NCBI GenBank assembly: GCA_965231155.1 | Contig: OZ246418.1 | Location: 637,710-701,709, forward strand | Reading direction: 5' to 3' | Length of the DNA stretch: 64,000 nt | Origin: an uncultured Candidatus Saccharibacteria bacterium | GTDB taxonomy: Bacteria; Patescibacteriota; Minisyncoccia; UBA6257; 2-01-FULL-56-20 | In this document: positions 19,270 to 31,900 of the stretch, one piece after another | Numbering within the stretch: the stretch's first letter is position 1 | How the letters are laid out: each line of letters starts with the position of its first letter | Position numbers and translations under genes: made by a program | The notes under the pieces: generated by a model | Databases searched by the model: none | What the model saw: only the letters and a program-made list of their open reading frames with translations | What the model was told of the DNA's origin: nothing

Positions 19270-19607
19270 TTATCAATGATTTAACAGCCAAGCGGTGTGT
19301 GGCGTGTGAGGGGGGAACTCCGGCACTCACGCCGGATGAGATTACCGCCTTTCAGACTAAGTTTTCCGAACCCTGGGAGGTGATCGAGAATAAACGAATC
19401 CAGAAGCCGTTTAGTTTTAATGATTTTAAGGGGGCGCTGGAGTTTGTGAATAAGGTGGGAGTTCTGGCCGAGGCGGAGGGGCATCATCCTGATATCCAGC
19501 TTTCGTATGGGAAGGTGATTATCGAACTATGGACACATGCAGTGAGTGGGTTGTCAGAAAACGATTTTATTTTGGCAGCAAAAATTGATGAACTAGTACA
19601 GGAATAA
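19266..19607 (+). CDS. phhB: Pterin-4-alpha-carbinolamine dehydratase
   Basis: CVACEGG, AEAEGHHPDI, WTHAVSGLSENDFILAAKID. Confidence 0.92.
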   Translation: MIINDLTAKRCVACEGGTPALTPDEITAFQTKFSEPWEVIENKRIQKPFSFNDFKGALEFVNKVGVLAEAEGHHPDIQLSYGKVIIELWTHAVSGLSENDFILAAKIDELVQE

Positions 19608-19611
19608 CAAT

Positions 19612-20322
19612 ATGGCTCGTTTGATTTTCGATATCGAAACTATTGGTGAGGATTTCGATAGACTCGATGAGACAACGCAGGAATCGTTAACGCGTTGGAT
19701 TAAAAAAGAATCGAATAACGACAAGGAGTATCGTGAGGCCCTACAGGAGCTGAAGGAGGGTTTGGGGTTTTCGCCGTTAACCGGAGAGATCGTGGCGATT
19801 GGTGTGTTGAACTATGAAAAAGATCAGGGTGTAGTGTATTTCCAGGCGCCGAACAAAAAGATAGAGGAGTTTGAGGAAGGGAAGTTTAAATACAAGCCGA
19901 TGACTGAGGCGGAGATGCTCGCAACCTTCTGGCAGGGAGCGATGAACTTTGATGAGTTCGTGACGTTTAATGGCCGGGGATTTGACGTGCCTTTTTTGAA
20001 TGTGCGCTCGGCGATTCATGGAATTAAGCCAACGAAAGACTTAATGTCGAATCGATATATTAGTAACCAGCGATTTGGCGCGGCACATGTCGATCTTTTG
20101 GATCAACTTTCTTATTATGGCGCCTTGCGAAGGAAGGGGAGTCTTCATTTATGGAGTCGAGCGTTTGGGATAGAGAGCCCAAAGACTGGAGGAGTTACTG
20201 GAGACGATGTTTCTGACTTATTTAAGAATAAAAAATATAAAGAAATTGCGGTATACAATGGTCGCGATCTTGAGGCGACGAAGGCGTTATATGATGTCTG
20301 GAACACCTATCTGAGGCTTTAA
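19612..20322 (+). CDS. DEDD 3'-5' exonuclease, PolB-exonuclease-like
   Basis: FDIET, TFNGRGFDVPFL, HVDLLD, YNGRD. Confidence 0.88.
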   Translation: MARLIFDIETIGEDFDRLDETTQESLTRWIKKESNNDKEYREALQELKEGLGFSPLTGEIVAIGVLNYEKDQGVVYFQAPNKKIEEFEEGKFKYKPMTEAEMLATFWQGAMNFDEFVTFNGRGFDVPFLNVRSAIHGIKPTKDLMSNRYISNQRFGAAHVDLLDQLSYYGALRRKGSLHLWSRAFGIESPKTGGVTGDDVSDLFKNKKYKEIAVYNGRDLEATKALYDVWNTYLRL

Positions 20323-20342
20323 AAACTGGGTATTTCTGGCCC

Positions 20343-20371
20343 TTGCAAAAAAGTAGGAAATATTGTATAGT
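20343..20371 (+). promoter_or_regulatory. Sigma70-type promoter with ~100-nt leader
   Basis: TTGCAA, 17 nt, TATAGT. Confidence 0.6.
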
Positions 20372-20480
20372 GTGCTGGCTTATAGCCCCTTGAAAAACAC
20401 CCCCAAAGACGCTGATCTTCTTGATGGAAAATTGTTAGTGAACGCATACAAAAAGGTCTAAGTTAGTTTTTACACATACT

Positions 20481-21968
20481 ATGAAGAAAGGAATCTTAAT
20501 TGCATTCTTTTCTCTTAGTCTTGTTTCTTTCTTTGTTCAGGCAAGTCCTGTTCGTGCAGATAACAATGGTCCCTCGTTCATTGGTTTTATGCCTCCGTCA
20601 ACGGCAACAGCGACGGTTGCATATAGCTATGACGTTGAAGCAACCGATGGTGATGTTCCTGCTGATCCGTTAACTTTCAGTCTATTGTCCGCACCAGCTG
20701 GTATGATAATAGATGGTGGAACCGGATTAATTTCCTGGTTACCCTCAGAAGCGGATATCGCATCGAATCCTCATCTCGTTACCGTTCAGGTACAAGATAC
20801 GTTTCCGGCAGAACCGAACCATGTCGTTACGGAGAGTTTCCAGATTACTGTAGGAGCGGTGTCGACTTCGACTCCATCTTCAACAAATCTCGGACCTTCG
20901 TTCATTGGTTTTGTTCCTCCAGCCACTGCCACCGCGACGGTAGCCTATAGCTACACCGCAGTAGCAACTGATCCGGAAAGCGACCCTTTGACTTTCAGTT
21001 TAGTCACTGGGCCAGCCGGTCTTACCATTAATGCTTCCAGTGGTCTGATTAGTTGGACTCCCGATGCTACCCAGGTCTCAAGTACTCCGTATCTCGTTAC
21101 CGTTCAGGTACAGGATACGTATCCCTTGGAACCAAATCACGTAGTAGTGGAGAACTTCCAGATTACTGTGGGAGCTGCACCAACGACCACGACACCAACA
21201 TCGACTCCGCCAACAACCTGTACCGTAAACTGCGGTGGGGGAGGTGGAGGTAGTGTAGTTATTGTTCCTAGTGGATGTATTTCGAACTGTGGAGGAGGTG
21301 GGGGAGGAGGAACGCCAACTCCAACTAACCTTCCGCCATATTTCGTGAATTTCAACCCGGGAACAGTGGTGACGCTTGGTCAGGTGTATCTGTATGATGT
21401 CGATGGAAAGGATCCTGAGAACCAGCCGGTTACTTTCAGTCTTTTGGAAGGACCGAGTGGTTTGAATATTCTGCCGAACAACGGATTTATCTACTGGACC
21501 CCGGTTGACGGACAAGTTCGCGCTGAACCATATAAAGTAGTACTGCAGATTTCCGATGGATTTCTGACTGCCACTACCTCGTATGCAATTACTGTGGTTC
21601 GTCCGCCTGTAGTCATTATTGATACAGTGCCAGAACCGCCGGTAATTGTTCCGCCAGTAATCGAGCCACCAGTAACTCCGACAACTACAATCGTAACGGT
21701 TGTGGACACTCGGGGAACGCTGTTGGCCAGCATCATTGACTGGTTCCGCGATAACTACTGTCTCCTTGGATATCTCCTGTGGCTCCTGACTCTCCTTGCC
21801 TGGTTGGCTTATCTCCTCCTTGATCACGAGGATAAAGACGACGAGCGCGAAGAGATCGCCAAAGAGCTTCAGGTTGATTCCGAAGCTCCAGTGGTATCCG
21901 CAGAGTCGGATGTCATTCCGCTTTTCTCGCACGAGAGAGAAACAGACGAGAGTAAAGAAATCGTCTAA
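20481..21968 (+). CDS. Surface protein with three cadherin-like/putative Ig domains and C-terminal TM
   Basis: Three Y.Y...ATD.(D/E).D.LTFSL..(A/G)P.G..I....G.I.W.P repeats; signal peptide; Gly/Pro linkers; TM plus acidic tail. Confidence 0.87.
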   Translation: MKKGILIAFFSLSLVSFFVQASPVRADNNGPSFIGFMPPSTATATVAYSYDVEATDGDVPADPLTFSLLSAPAGMIIDGGTGLISWLPSEADIASNPHLVTVQVQDTFPAEPNHVVTESFQITVGAVSTSTPSSTNLGPSFIGFVPPATATATVAYSYTAVATDPESDPLTFSLVTGPAGLTINASSGLISWTPDATQVSSTPYLVTVQVQDTYPLEPNHVVVENFQITVGAAPTTTTPTSTPPTTCTVNCGGGGGGSVVIVPSGCISNCGGGGGGGTPTPTNLPPYFVNFNPGTVVTLGQVYLYDVDGKDPENQPVTFSLLEGPSGLNILPNNGFIYWTPVDGQVRAEPYKVVLQISDGFLTATTSYAITVVRPPVVIIDTVPEPPVIVPPVIEPPVTPTTTIVTVVDTRGTLLASIIDWFRDNYCLLGYLLWLLTLLAWLAYLLLDHEDKDDEREEIAKELQVDSEAPVVSAESDVIPLFSHERETDESKEIV

Positions 21969-22003
21969 TACTAAAAACCACCCGAAAGGGTGGTTTTTAG
22001 TAT
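21968..22003. terminator. Intrinsic terminator
   Basis: ATACTAAAAACCACCC-gaaa-GGGTGGTTTTTAGTAT perfect 16-bp stem. Confidence 0.85.
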
Positions 22004-22051
22004 CTCGGTCTTTTAAAAATTATTTTTTTATTTAACTTTTGGAGAAATAAA

Positions 22052-22082
22052 AAAGGGTGAACGGGTCTTCCGTTCACCCTTT
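22052..22082 (-). terminator. Intrinsic terminator for the 22111-22797 gene
   Basis: AAAGGGTGAACGG-gtctt-CCGTTCACCCTTT with a T-run on the minus strand. Confidence 0.8.
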
Positions 22083-22110
22083 GAAGGTGTGATGTGAGTC
22101 GTAGTCGAAA

Positions 22111-22797
22111 CTACGACCCGCAGTCAATGTCCGGCACGCCGTCGTGGGCGACCGGATCGTTCGGATCATCGGGGTCGCCACCCTCGACTAACTTTTTCAA
22201 CTCGTCGAGAGTGGAGAGCGAGGTTATCTTCTCCTGACTTTCTTCGAGGAGTTGAATCTGCCCCTCGACCAGGTCAAGAAGGTCCAAGATCCTGGGATAT
22301 GCGATCGTAACTGCCGAGACTAGATCGCATTTGGACTTTCTCTCCAGGCAACGAACCCAGGCGATCGGAGTATCAAGAACTCCTTCGCATAGGTTCTCCA
22401 GATTCCTGGAGTAGAGCGGTGCCGTCACTGACGGTGTCCCAACACTTGGGCCGACGACGTCGGCGTTGTTATGGGTGACACCAGTGTGTCCGGGTCCAGG
22501 GTGGCATTGTCTCTCGATGTGGCCGAAGTATCCATCGTGCTCTGTGCCTGAATGGATCTTTGGTAGTCCACTCAAGCAGGACTTTCCGGCCTTCTGCTGG
22601 CCTGTTTCGAGGTCAGCCTGTGCCTTGTCCAGGCACTTTGTCAGTACAGTGAATACGACCTTCCCATACCGACCCAGTCTCTTGCCCGCTTCTTTCTGGC
22701 AGGAGAGCAGGGACTTCTCCGGTGTCACGTTGGCAGCCTGAGAAGGAGCCGCCGCCAACACCGCCACCACCACCAACAACACTGCAAAGCGTTTCAT
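22111..22797 (-). CDS. Secreted Cys-rich helical protein, GC-rich
   Basis: GGAGG SD before ATG 22797; signal peptide MKRFAVLL...SQA; 8 Cys in the mature part; own terminator. Confidence 0.8.
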   Translation of the reverse strand: MKRFAVLLVVVAVLAAAPSQAANVTPEKSLLSCQKEAGKRLGRYGKVVFTVLTKCLDKAQADLETGQQKAGKSCLSGLPKIHSGTEHDGYFGHIERQCHPGPGHTGVTHNNADVVGPSVGTPSVTAPLYSRNLENLCEGVLDTPIAWVRCLERKSKCDLVSAVTIAYPRILDLLDLVEGQIQLLEESQEKITSLSTLDELKKLVEGGDPDDPNDPVAHDGVPDIDCGS

Positions 22798-22960
22798 CGC
22801 GTCCTCCGTATTTGGGCTCCCGTAGGAGCACGTTGTGGTTTCGCACGCTAACCAATTTATAACACATATACGAGAAAAATCAAATTTCACAAAAAGAGGG
22901 GATAGATACACTTTTCCACAATAGGATAGATAAGAGTTCTGACCTATAATAAAACGACAG

Positions 22961-25900
22961 ATGAATAATCAATCGAGCTTCCGTAGATTCTTAGGATACT
23001 TTCTTTTAGTGGCCGTTTTTTTCTCTAGTTTTGGGAGTAGTTTTCTGGGACTTCATCAGACGGCAATGGCTGCGACGTACAATTTTTCGCAGACTACTTT
23101 TTCTGGCGGGGCAACGACAACGAGTTTCCCAACTCATGCGAGTAATTCTGTGAACTCTTACTCAGGAACCTGGTGGAACCAGTATTACAGTAAAGATGCC
23201 TCAACAACTGCCAGTACAGTTATTACTCTCGCTTCATCTTCGAGATCGATCACTCAAACTGACAATGGATCAACAAATACCGGGTTTAATATGGCGACTT
23301 CGAGTAATTCCTCGACTGCAGTGACTGGCTCGGGAGACGACGCTTTGGTTGAGTTAGCTCTTTCTTCAGCTCGTTTTCAGGATATTTTAGTAGCCACCTC
23401 TTCTTTGCCATCTAACAACGGCCTCGGAGTGGCATTCCATCCTAATGGTAAGTATATCGCAGTTGGTGGCGTGGGTTCGCCCTATCTCCATATTTATAAT
23501 TTTGATCCAGATACCTATACAATTGGGAATAAAATTACTGACTCAGTGACTAGTTGCGGAAGTTCTATTGATTCCGTTAGTTTCCATCCCGAAGGTAGAC
23601 ACTTGATGGTTTCTTGTGGAGGTACCTCGGTGATGATTTATGATTTCACTCCCTCTGCCACTTATAATGCAACGAGTGGGATTATTAGCGGAGGGGTTTC
23701 TCGTGGTTCAGTAGCTGGTGCTATGAATGAGGCAAAGTTCAGTCCGAATGGAAAATTCGTAGCCATTGCTCATGGTGGTTCTCCTTACTTATCTGTATAT
23801 TCCTTTAGTACGTCAACTAAAAATTTTGTAACGCTCATTAATCCAACCGACCTTCCTGATGGAACTGGTCGAGGGATAGACTTTTCTACTGATGGAGCCT
23901 ACATTGGTCTTGCGCATAGTATTAATCCGTTCGTATCGATTTATACTTTCAACTCGTCGACTGGAGCTATTGGGAGTACTAAAAAAAGTCCTAGCAATGT
24001 GCCTGGAGGAGCGGGATCTTCGATTTCTTTTCATCCCAGTAGTTCTTATGTAGCTGTAGGTAGCGCAGTTTCTAATGAAATAACAATCTATAACTTTAAC
24101 GGAAACTTTGGTAATAAATTGACTACGTCGACTCTGTTTGATGGTAGCGTTGAAGATGTTCGTTTTAGCCCCGATGGAAGTTATATTGCATTTGCAGTTT
24201 CTGATGCCGACACACCTTTTCATTACGTGCTTGGGTTCAATGCTACTTCCACTTGGAATGCAACTGCTAATGTAATCGGAGGGAACGTTCAGGCCGGAGA
24301 TAATTTGCCAGACGATGGAAATGGAATAGCCTTCCATCCAAGTAGCACTTTCCTTGCAATGGCTCATCACGGCTCTCCTTATTTTTCAGTCTATGCTCGT
24401 GTGCCACGTTATCCGACCGTGAGTGGTATCTATACTTCGGGTCCGATTGATTTTGGGAGTAAACAGAATTTTACGACACTGCAGTATGCGTCGAGTGGCT
24501 TATCAGGAACTAGCATAACGATTGATGTTCGTGCAGGTAACGATGCTTCACCTCCAACATCGTGGACAAGTTCGACAGCTAATTGGTCAACAAGCACGGC
24601 ATCGTATGTGAGTAACATCACTTCGAGTAGTGTGAGTATTGCTGGTCTTAGTGGATATCAGTATCTTCGTTATCGTGCGACTCTTTCAAACGGTGGTACT
24701 GATACGAAAACACCATCTTTGGAGAGTGTCACAATAAATTCGTATGCATTTCCGACGTCTTCGACCTTACTTGGATCTCCTTTTAATGCTGGTGACTCAA
24801 CTAATGTCTTTTCTGCATTCAAGTGGACGGATAACGCTTCCACTGCTTCGGGTACAGATGTTTTATTCCAAGTGCGTACCGGTGCAAGTACGGGTACGCT
24901 TGGCACGTTTGTCGGGCCAGGGGATTCAGCTAGTACGTATTTTTCTTCCAGTACTTGCAGTAAGGCAAGTGGTTTGGTTTCTTGTACTATTCCCAGCACT
25001 TCAACGCTTCGTGATGGTAGTAGTGATCAATGGATGCAGTATAAAACTTTCTTAATTTCACAGGGTCATAACGCACCAACGATTACTGGAGTAACGAGTA
25101 CATATGTAGTTAATGCCTCACCGGATTTTTCGAGCGTGACGGCAGCTACTACTACAACGACATCAACGCCAACTTCAACAGTTTCTATCCAGTTCCAAGT
25201 TCGAGATACTGACACGACAACAAATTACGTCACCTCTTCATATGAATATAGCACCTCGAGTGGGGTTAGTTGGACGAGCATTACGAGTGCCAGTTTAAAC
25301 AGTACTTCGACAGTCTCCACGACAGTCGATATATCTTCTTATACGAGTCGTACGGTAACCTGGAGTCCATCCGCTCAGATTCCTGGAGTATATGCAACGA
25401 GTGTCCAGGTTCGAGTCACGGCCAATGATTTTGAGTTAGCCAATAACCTTGGTCGAGCGACGGGGACTTTGTCTGTGCTGGATACGAAGAATCCGACAAG
25501 CGTATCGCTCAGTTTTGACTCGCGGAACGGGACCGATACTTTAACCATAGGTGCGAGCGATGACAGTAATTTACAATTTCTCCTTTCTAATTCAAGCGAT
25601 TTTTCTGCTGATGGATTAAATAGTTCAAGTGGTGTGTGGTCTGTGGCTACCACTCCGTCACTTTCAACAACCACAACGTGGAACGCGACAGGGACGCCAT
25701 CATACGAGAGGGTCTATCTGCAGGTGCGCGATATTTATGGAAATACCGCAACGACGAGTGTGGTGGCACCTCATACGCCACAGAGTGTGGTACTTTCTGA
25801 TATTTCAAATGTCAGCACCGGAGTCTATAGCGAGTATCTGAGTTGGGCAACTTCCACGGATACTACGGGCGCGACAACTGCTTTTTATGAAATTTATCGA

Positions 25901-28900
25901 TCGACAAACAATACTTCAAGCTTTGCATTTTTAGCTTCGACAACGGCGACTACCTATATCAACTCTGGACTGAATACTTCAATTACGTATTACTATCGTA
26001 TTACCACGAAAACGACTCAGGGGAACTACTCGAACTATTCGGATATTGTTGGTGATCAACCGAATGGGCGAGCGACAAATATTGCGCCGGAGTTTAATAC
26101 TAGTCTTGATAGTACAAACCAAACTGGTGTGATTATTAGTCAGGTGACGAGCACCGCTTCTTCTGACTGGGGGAAGGTCCAGATTCAGTATAGTGTTCGT
26201 GATGCCGATACTCATCTCGGATCATCAACGCCTGGTTATATTACTCCATCCTTTGCTTATAACATTGGCTCGGGTTGGGTAAGTATTTCTGGAGCAGCTC
26301 TGAATTCGACTTCGACTAATACCAAGGCAGTCTCGAGTTCAAGTTATACCACCTATACCGCTATTTGGAGTGCTTCGACGAGTCTTCCGAGCCAGTACAC
26401 TACAAACCTCCAGGTTCGGGTAACTGCCGATGATGGTGAATCAGCCAACAATACGACTCCTGGGGTGAGTACACCGATTACGCTCGACACCACTGCACCA
26501 ACACTAAGCTCTAGTCTTTTAGTTAATGGATATACAGCAAATGCACCAGCTACTTCGACCAGTGTGACTCTTCGAATTCAAAGTATTACAGGTGCTCCAT
26601 CAGGAGAGACAATTTATCCGCAATTTTCTAACGATGGTTCGACGTGGTATGGAATGAGTGGGGGAGCGACAACTACTGGCTTAGGAACGGCAGTATCTTC
26701 TACTGCTGGGGCGCTTTCTAGTCTTTCTTGGTCGTGGGTGCTGAGCGGTACAAATACGGTTTATTTAAGAGTTATTGATGCTCTGAATAACTATTCGGCG
26801 ACTTCTTCAGTTGATGTGCAGGGAATAAACCAAGCTCCTCAGGTTCAGACGCTCACTGTCTCGCAGAGTACGACTACGATTGGTCTTGTGAATATTAGTT
26901 ATCAGGTTCAGGACAGTGATCAGGGGAGTGTGTCCTCTTCTTTCGCCTATAGCACCGACGGTGCTAGTTGGACGACTCTTTCGGGAATGAATGCTACCGC
27001 CACCGCGCTTTCCAGTCTTTCAACAAGTTCTTGGAATACGATATATGCAACATGGAACGCCTCGTCTCAGATTCCGAATGCCTATACCAGTGGTTTGCAA
27101 GTTAGAGTGACACTGAATGATGCTCAGGCCGTCAATAGTTCAACAGTGGCCACCACCAGCCTAAATCTCGATACCTTAGCACCGACTCGTAGTTTGACCC
27201 TTGATGCGCGAACAACGACCGGAACAGTTACTCTCTCGCTTTCGGATAATAATAATCTTGAATATTTACTTTCTAACTCGAGTACTCTCGTTGCTGATGG
27301 ACAGAACGCTTCGAGCGGAGTCTGGATTACAGTAGGGGATACTTCGCTCTCGACGAGTACTGCTTGGAATCTCGCAGCTACTTCTTCGCACGCTACTGTA
27401 TATCTCCAGGTGCGAGATCTTTATGGCAATGTGACTTCAACTTCAGCCATTGCCCCTGGTGTTGTTTCCGGAATGACTTTGCAGGACATTTCTGAGCGAG
27501 CGTCTGGATTGTTCAAGCATTTGATTACCTGGACGGCCTATGAAGCGACAACTTCTGCTTCATTGGCACATTACGAAGTTTATCGTTCGAGTAATAACTC
27601 CAGTAGTTTTGCGCGAGTGGCAACTACAACAAATAATTCATATACCGATCTCAGCATTGCTTCGACTACTGTTTATTATTACCGAGTGGTAGTTGTGACA
27701 ACGAATGGAAATTATTCTGACTATTCGAGTATCGTGAGTGGTCAGCCGACCGGTTCAGCGAATACTGCTCCTAATTTTAATACAAGCCTTGATAGTACGA
27801 ACCAAACGGGTGCCACGATTTTACACAGCGCCACTTCAAGTAGTCCCGACTGGGGAAGAGTTCAGATTCAGTATAGTGTTCGGGATACCGATACGAACTT
27901 AGGTTCATCGACTCCTGGATATATCACCCCATCTTTTGAGTACAATATTGGCTCGGGTTGGGTGAACATCGCGACGTCGACTCTCAATAGTACATCGACG
28001 GATAACAAGACGGTTACTACTTCTAGCTACAACACCTATACAGCGGTTTGGAGTGCTTCGACCAGTCTTCCTTCGACCTACACAACTAATTTGCGAGTAC
28101 GGGTAACCGCTGATGACAATGAATCTTCAAATAACACCGGACAGGCGGTGACTGCACCGATCACCTTGGACACCACCGCGCCAACACTAGCTTCGACATC
28201 CTTATTGATTAACAATTCTAGTGATAATGCCGAAGCGACTTCGACTGCGGTAACTCTGAAACTTCAGAGTATCACTGGTACGCCATCGGGGGAGTCTGTT
28301 TATATTCAGTTTTCTAACGATGGTTCAACCTGGTATGCCGGGAATGCGGATGGAACGGTGACTTCAACTGCCGGTACTTTAGGGAGTTTAGTTTCCTCAA
28401 CTGCTGCATCATTGTCTGCAGTTTCTTGGCCTTGGGTCTTTAGTGGGAGTACTGTCTATGTTCGTGTGTTTGATGTCTTGGGAAATGGTCCAGGAACCGA
28501 CTCGAATACTGTGTATGGATATAATACCGCGCCAGAAATTCAGAATATGACGGCCTTGCAGATTGCCACCACGACTGATAGTAGTTGGGGTTCGTTGAGG
28601 ATTGATTTCGAAACAAGAGATACTGATTCTTCGAATAATTTAGTGAGTTCGACGTTTGCCTTTTCGACTTCAAGTGGAGTGACTTGGACGAGTATTCCAA
28701 CCTCAACGTTGAATGCTACAGCGACAGCCTCGTTTGCAGTTTCAACTTCGTCATACACTGCCTACAGTGTGGTATGGAATGTTTCCTCGACGCTTGTTGA
28801 TACTTATTCTACGGATTTGCGAATTCGAGTGACCGTGAATGATCGAGCAACTGTCAATAATATAACGAGTTCAACTGCTACCGTTACTCTTGATACTCGG

Positions 28901-31900
28901 TCGCCAAGTTTAGCTTCTGATTCTTTATTGGTGAACGATTCCGCCTCCAGTGGTCAGAGCACTTCTTCGGTGGTGACATTAAAGCTCCAGAATGTTACTG
29001 GTTTGCCGACAGGGGAGACGATCTACGCTCAGTTCTCTGATGACAACTCAACCTGGTATGGTGCGAACTCTTCAGGAACACTCGCTTCAAGTTCAGAGCT
29101 GGGAAGTGGTTTTAGTTCGGCGACAAGTACTTTGAGCGGTTTATCTTGGAGTTGGAACTTGGGGAGCGGGAGTTCGAGTAGATCGAAAGTGCTTCGAGTA
29201 AGAATTTATGATGCCTATGGAAATTCGGGAGGTTCGGATACTAACTCTGTCGGATATAACACTTCGCCAGATTTCAATCCTCTCTATGGTACGAATGGTT
29301 TGAGCGTAAGTCAGGTTTCTTCTTCGGCTGATTCAACTTGGGGGAAGGTGATAATTCAGTACAATGTTCGTGATACAGATACCAGTGTTGGCTCTTCAAC
29401 TCCTGGATATATCACACCATCTTTTGAGTATAGTATTGGCGCCGGGTGGTCTGCTATTCAGACTTCTACATTAGGAGAATCTGACATTAGTAATAAGGGA
29501 GTGAACGATTCATCCTATACGACTCACTCTGCTACTTGGCATGCCTCCTCGCAGATTTCCGGAACATATACGACCGCCTTACAGATTCGAGTTACGGCGA
29601 ATGATAATGAATCAGTTTCTAACACTGCCACAGCTACCTCTGGACTAGTTGTTCTCGACACGAAAGTTCCTTCAACGACAGTTCAGATTGACAGTAGGAC
29701 AGATAGTCTATCCATTACTGCTTCTGATGACTCGACTATTAGCTACAATCTCTCTAATGCCTCTTCTTTGATTGCGGATGGTTCTAATGCCTCTTCGGGG
29801 AGTTGGACTGAAACCAATGCAACCTCAACCAATACTTCAAGTAGTTGGACCTTGGTCGCTGGAGCGACATCAGTAGAGACTGTGTATTATGCCGTGCGTG
29901 ATCTTTTTGGAAATATTACGACTGGTTCGGCCAGTGCGCCTGCGGCGCCTGCTTCGACGACAGTGAGCGACATCTCGACTGCGAGTAGTTCGAACTTCAA
30001 GGAGCTGATAAGCTGGACCGCGTATACGGCAACTTCTGGTCCAACCTTTGCCAGTTACGAAGTCTTCAGAGCAACCAGTGCCGATCCTTCGACCTTTTCG
30101 TTACTTGCATCTGTTTCTGATTCTGCTCAGAACTACTACACAGATACTGGCTTAGCATCTTCAACAACCTATTACTATAAGGTAGCCATCAAAACTTCAA
30201 ATGGTGACTATTCTGGTTATGGAGAAACTGTTTCCGATCAGCCAGATGGTTTGTCTGGGGCGGCCGCCGAGGGACCAACTATTTCGGATGTGTCAGCAGC
30301 TGAGGTGCAAGCGTCATGGGCACGCTTTACTTGGACAACTGACCGAGTTTCTGATTCCAAGGTTGAGTATTCAGTTGCTACTTCTGGTACGCCATACAGC
30401 CTTTCGACCACTTCTCTTACTTTGGTGACTAGTCACGATATTACGGTGAATGATTTACTCCCGAATACGACCTATTCCTTCCGAGTAACCTCTAAGGATA
30501 TTAATAATAAACAGTCAACGACAGTTGGATCTGACTTCACGACAAGTGGCGGTCCAATTATCTCAGCGGTTACCACTGAAGCAGTGACTGATCATACCGC
30601 TTCGATTATTTGGAACACCAACAAAGATTCTGATTCCATTGTGGTATATGCAACGAGTACTCAGAATCTACGGAATGCCACTGGTACCTCAGAAGCTGGT
30701 AGCACTAGCTTAGTGGGTTCTCCATTCCAGCATCGTGTGACACTTTCCGGACTTAATACTCAGACGATTTATTACTACTATGTAAAATCAACTGACGCTT
30801 CAGCCAACGTTTCAACCGAAAAGAATAGTGGTAATTTCTACACCTTTAGTACTGCTCAAGATACAAAAGCGCCGGTTATCTCCAATATCTTAGTTGCTGC
30901 AAAAACACAAACGGCTGCGGTGATCACTTGGCAAACTGACGAACCAGCAAATACCCAAATTAGCTATGATACACGTTCGGCTTCTTCGACTGGTCTTGCT
31001 CATCGAAATCTAACTACCCTCGATGACACAATGACTGTCAGTCATGCTGGCGTCATTTCTGATTTGGTTGCCGGTAGGACGTATTATTACAGCGTGAAGT
31101 CAACTGATGCAGCAGGTAATATAACCACTGCCGATGAAGTAAGTTTTGAAACTGCGAATAGCGAAACACCGATTATTAATTACGTGAGTGTTGGTGGTGG
31201 AGCGTCTGCCCCTGCTGATCCAAAAGATAAGACTGCGCCTGGCATCTCGGATATAGAAATAACAGACATTACACCATTTTCTGCCAAGCTTACCTTTAAG
31301 ACCAACGAAGAGGCCATTGGCTTCGCTGCCTTTGGTGAAACTGATGAATATGGACGAGTTCTTGGTGAGCCTAAATTTAGAACTGACCATATGATTCCAT
31401 TGACTAATTTAAAGTTGGGAACGACCTATCACTTAGAGGTGAAGGCCAGCGACAAGGCAGGTAATTTTGGAACAGCGCCAGATCAAACATTCACTACTAA
31501 ATTCGCGGTGGAGAGTGCAGGTGACATCGCCAAGCTAGAAAATGTGGAACAGTATCAGAGTGAGATTGATCAGTTAATTGAGTCAATCACACCTTCTCTC
31601 ATCACTCCTTTTGTGGGCAAGGTTGATATTTCTGATGTTACTGAAGACTCGGCAGTTATTAAATGGGTAACGAATACGAAGACGTATGGCTCGGTGCTCT
31701 ATGTGGCGGATAAAGATTACGACGAGACAAAAGAAAATCCATATCTTGCTGAGGTAAGCGATACTCAGCCGAGGACGACTACTCATCAGGTGAAATTAAG
31801 TAATCTAGCTTTTGGACAACTTTATCGATTCAAAGTTAAGGCATACACCTTGCCTAACGTGACCGGTTTTAGTTCCGAGAGAACATTCACGACAAAGTCT

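Noticed and set aside
21078-21932. 284-aa minus-strand ORF
   Set aside because: It lies antisense to a well-formed Ig-repeat gene and has no motifs; a typical shadow of Thr/Val/Pro-rich coding.
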